Source of the DNA: Octopus sinensis
Taxonomy: Eukaryota
Assembly: GCF_006345805.1 (NCBI RefSeq)
Contig: NC_042997.1
Location: forward strand, 117,676,001 to 117,740,000
Length of the DNA stretch: 64,000 bases
Direction of reading: 5' to 3'
Positions 62,169-64,000 of the stretch are shown here, piece after piece. The number at the start of each line of letters is the position of its first letter. Positions within the stretch are counted from its first letter, which is position 1. The notes below the pieces were generated by a model. It was not told where the DNA came from, did no database searches, and saw only the letters and a program-made list of their open reading frames with translations. The translations under genes were made by a program, and so were the position numbers.

Positions 62169-62629
62169 CTGAATAAATAAAAGAAACAATATCACTATCA
62201 TACAAGCACTGCTTTTGAGAAATGGATAATTAGGAATCCTTATTCTACTACAGAATAATAATTTTATCAAGATATCAAATTTCATCCAGTACAGTTACTT
62301 GGTTGAAAGTTCTAAAACTGTCCCCAGTCAATAGAAGAATGAGAAAATAAACATATCACTTATATAGACATTGAGGCGATGTGATATATTGGACTGAGGA
62401 TCACAAGACTGTGGTTTCGGTTCCTAGACTGGGTGACACATTATGTTCTTGAGCAAAACACTTCATCTCAAGTTATTCCAGTTTACTCAACTGGCAAAAT
62501 CAATAATCCTGCAATGGACCGGCATCACTCCAAGAAGATATGCACCACAAAAACCAGCTCTATGAAACCATGCAATCATGAGCATAACACTCTAACCGCT
62601 AGGCCAAGTGTCCTCACGTAATACACTAA

Positions 62630-63480
62630 TAATATCAAGGGTTCAAAATTTGGCACAAGAAGGGTAATTTTGGGAGAGAGGGTAAGTTGATTACATCAAC
62701 CTCAATGCTCAACTGGTACTTATTTTATCAACCCCCAAAACGATGACAAGCAAAGCCAACCTTGGTGGAATTTGAACTCAGATCAAAAAGATGGACAAAA
62801 TGCTGCCTGGAATGCTAATGATTCTGCCAGGTCACCACCTCAATAATTCTACTATAGGCACAAGGCCTGAAATTGTGTGTGTGTTGGGGTGGGGGGGCTA
62901 GTTGATTACATTGACCCAGTATATAGCTGGTACTTATTTTATCGACCCTGAAAGGATGGAAGGCATAGTCGACCTCGGCGGAACTATGACTGTAAGGACA
63001 GACGAAATGCTGTTAAGCATTTTGCCAGGCGTGCTAACAATTCTGCCAGCTCGTCGCCTGAAAAATGAATTATTTCATTTTGCCACAAGGGCAGCTTGTG
63101 GGGAGATGGAGATGACTCAATTACATCTTTCCCAGTGCCCAACTGGTTCTTATTTTATTGACCCTGAAAGTATGAAAGGCAAAGTCAATCTCGGTGGAAT
63201 TTGAACTCAGAATGTAGTAACAGTGAAATATCACTAAGCATTTTGCCTGGCATGCTAACGATTCTGCCAGCTTGCCACCTTAATAATAATCATTTCTATT
63301 CTAGGAACAAGGCCTGAAATTTTGGGGGAGGAGTGTCAGTTGATTAGTTTGACCCCAGTATGCAATTGGTACTTAAGGCAAAGTTGACCTTGGTGGAATT
63401 TGAACTCAGAACGTAGCGAAAGACGAAATACCACTAAGCATTTCGCCTGGCAGGCTAACAATTCTGCTAGCTCACCGCCA
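62630..63480 (-). mobile_element. Four head-to-tail SINE family B copies
   Basis: Repeated ~210-220-bp units ending ...CTGCCAGCT..CC.CCT at about 62840, 63060, 63281 and 63480. Confidence 0.75.
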
Positions 63481-63636
63481 TAATAATAATAAAATTAGTA
63501 AGACATTAAAAAGGATACATAGAAAATGGCAATGGTGCTTGATTTGGGGAACAGAGCAAAAGGAGTTTGGTTATTTTTTTTCTTGCTTATGAAAGTAAAA
63601 TAGTATCAGAGGTATGTTAAGTAATGTCAATCATAC

Positions 63637-63768
63637 CTTTTCACCATCCATGAAGCGTTGTTTTTCTGTGAGATTTAAAATTTCAAGTGGAACATCCAGT
63701 TCACTTCTTGATTCATAACACACAGCACCATCTTCATTAGTCACGACTCTCCCTTTCCGACCTGTCAT
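63637..63768 (-). CDS. SBNO1: Strawberry notch ortholog exon (first in window; the gene continues beyond the right edge)
   Basis: [44 protein letters not shown]; AG/GT, 132 nt. Confidence 0.96.
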
Positions 63769-64000
63769 CTGAAAATATAATTGAGCAACTTTACTAAGGA
63801 TCAGTTCATATGAAGAGAAGAATATTGCAAAATTAAAAAAAAAACAAACAAATATCTCATAACTGATCAATTATTTCCAACAGTGCAACCCACTATATAA
63901 AAAATAAAAATAAAATACAGCAAACGAAGTGCCCCAGTATGGCCATAGTCCTCAGACTGAAACTTGAAGTGCAAAAAAAAAAAAAAAATTATTAGAAAGA

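Overview
Eukaryotic, AT-rich, repeat-dense genomic DNA. The SINE, LINE and microsatellite landscape looks like an octopus (coleoid cephalopod); this is an inference and no database was consulted. Two convergent spliced genes were reconstructed by hand with GT-AG junctions and consistent phases. The first is a complete 4-exon RAB5IF/C20orf24 (OPTI) ortholog on + (16760-32436, 129 aa). The second is the last 13 coding exons of a strawberry notch (SBNO1/sno) ortholog on - (63768-43296, 505 aa in window; the 5' part lies beyond the right edge). The remainder is SINEs, LINE remnants (CR1-like, RTE, R4/Dong-like), mariner relics, MITEs, Helitron-like elements and microsatellites, which account for nearly all ORFs in the supplied track. 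The most striking unexplained structure is a ~350-nt non-coding element carrying a minimal type I hammerhead ribozyme. It occurs at two loci (35794-36423 and 51487-51965) in inverted, permuted and tandem arrangements, with compensatory base changes between copies, so it is a candidate retrozyme family. Further hammerhead-like remnants, a 15-unit higher-order tandem array in an RTE 3' tail and several long intronic foldbacks are also present.
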